NCBI GenBank assembly: GCA_965644265.1
Contig: OZ286463.1
Location: 89,962,001 to 90,026,000 of the forward strand
DNA: 64,000 nucleotides
Direction of reading: 5' to 3'
From: Glycera tridactyla
Lineage: Eukaryota
Shown here in pieces: positions 62,785 to 64,000 of the stretch. The notes under the pieces are model-generated. The model saw only the letters and a list, made by a program, of their open reading frames with translations, made no database searches and had not been told where the DNA came from. A program made the translations under genes and the position numbers. How positions within the stretch are numbered: position 1 is the first letter of the stretch; every line of letters starts with the position of its first letter.

Positions 62785-64000
62785 TATTATGAACATGTGG
62801 AACATGTGCCATTGTGACTACTGGATCAGGAGGTCATACTGTATGAGTCAGAGAATTGTTTCGCATAACTTGTGATCTCAGATCTGGGGCATATTTGGAT
62901 GTATCAAAGTAATGGTCTCAAAAAGAGGAGCTCTTCTCACGGGTTTTCTCATCACAGGTCCCACTGAATTCCCATCCATGTATCTTGGGATATAAGTTGA
63001 GCTTCGAGGGGTTCATTATCAATGGATGTTAGAGGCTTGGTGTTGAAGATGTGATAATGAAGTCCAGATGGTGGTCACTCTTAATGTGAAAATGCATTTG
63101 GGCTTCAGAAAATATTGCCAAACACATGTACAGAATAAGCACATCTGCTTCACTTGTGTGTTTGATGGTTGTTTTTGTGAAATCTTCCAACATGTCTGCT
63201 TGATGGATCCACTCAGCAGGAATCAGGTTCTATAACAATCCACCAGTTTGATCAGCCCCATCTTGTGATGATTGGGTGAAACCACAAAATTAGGGGTGCA
63301 TATAACCTGATCACCTCAGCCAAAAATATGAGGTGGAATGGACTCACCTAAAAACCTATAGATGGCTGTTTTTCAGTGGAAATTTGTATTTTGCCTGCCA
63401 ATTAAAAATTTCATTTATGAGAAAAAATATGATACCAAACACATTCAGCACAATAACCACATCAGCAGGGAAGGATTTTCCACAAGAGATCACACAGAGC
63501 CAACAGTCCACAACAGGTGAATTCATAGGCTGTTTTGATACATAGTCAGGGTTACATCATTTTATCATTTTAGAGATTAAATCAGCCCAAACCCCTACAT
63601 CCACTCCTGGAGTGGAAAATCAAAATCAAACAAAGTCCTTTCACTTTATGTTCTATGAAGAGTAGAGGACAATATTGTGAAATGATTTGGATTTATGCAT
63701 TCAGTGTCTGTGTTTGAGGTGACATATACCCACTGTGCATATCCTAGGCCATCATCATCTCAGTTATGAGACAAAATAACTTGGATTTACACTGTTGCAA
63801 TCCTGGGACTTGGTAAGATAGATTATTGGGCCAGTAATGGAGTCATTGAGGCCAATGGTGCAATGGCTCAGAAAATCATGATCACTGACTTCCTATCTCA
63901 AAGATGATGGCAGTCTGAGAAAGTGGTTGATTTCGTTACATCAGGATATAACTCAAAATAAATCAATTTTTGGGTAATGTAAGTTTGATTATTCTTGCCA

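Noticed and set aside
7467-63800. A ~26-kb segmental duplication explaining both the AG|GT spacing and the 12158/37917 match
   Set aside because: The flanks do not align, and no third copy of the island is visible near 63.7 kb; an interspersed repeat explains the match.
1-64000. Autonomous transposase or intact retroelement able to mobilise the MITEs
   Set aside because: No DDE/DDD transposase or full-length ORF2 is visible; it could lie under the Ns or elsewhere in the genome.

Overview
Eukaryotic, AT-rich, CpG-poor, mostly intronic or intergenic DNA, most likely from an invertebrate animal (inferred from the repeat complement). It contains ten N-runs: 7179-7332, 9535-9663, 11939-12157, 12234-12370, 13209-13712, 37005-37280, 37689-37870, 37981-38122, 44872-45072, 48585-48752. 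I can see no complete protein-coding gene, rRNA, intact tRNA, CRISPR array or autonomous transposase, and most ORFs in the track are repeat or N-run artefacts. The window is dominated by more than 25 TA-flanked MITEs with CAGT termini (Tc1/mariner-pogo type). They fall into about six families that differ in sequence but share one geometry: about 175-178 bp with 3+2+1 internal motifs. Also present are L2/CR1 and RTE LINE remnants, probable DIRS-like remnants, a Helentron-associated (HINE/DINE-1-like) element, two hAT-like non-autonomous elements, an inverted pair of Penelope-like hammerhead remnants, and mini- and microsatellites. The best host-gene signal is a CpG-rich, ATG-initiated acidic exon at 45582-45774 (+), with no recognised homology. 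The two most interesting signals are (i) the conserved MITE geometry with family-specific motifs and (ii) three strong + strand 3' splice sites fused directly to 5' splice sites (AG|GT), about 26 kb apart. Each of those is followed by a second donor 46-50 nt downstream, resembling recursive-splicing ratchet points. All calls were made by eye, without alignment or database searches.
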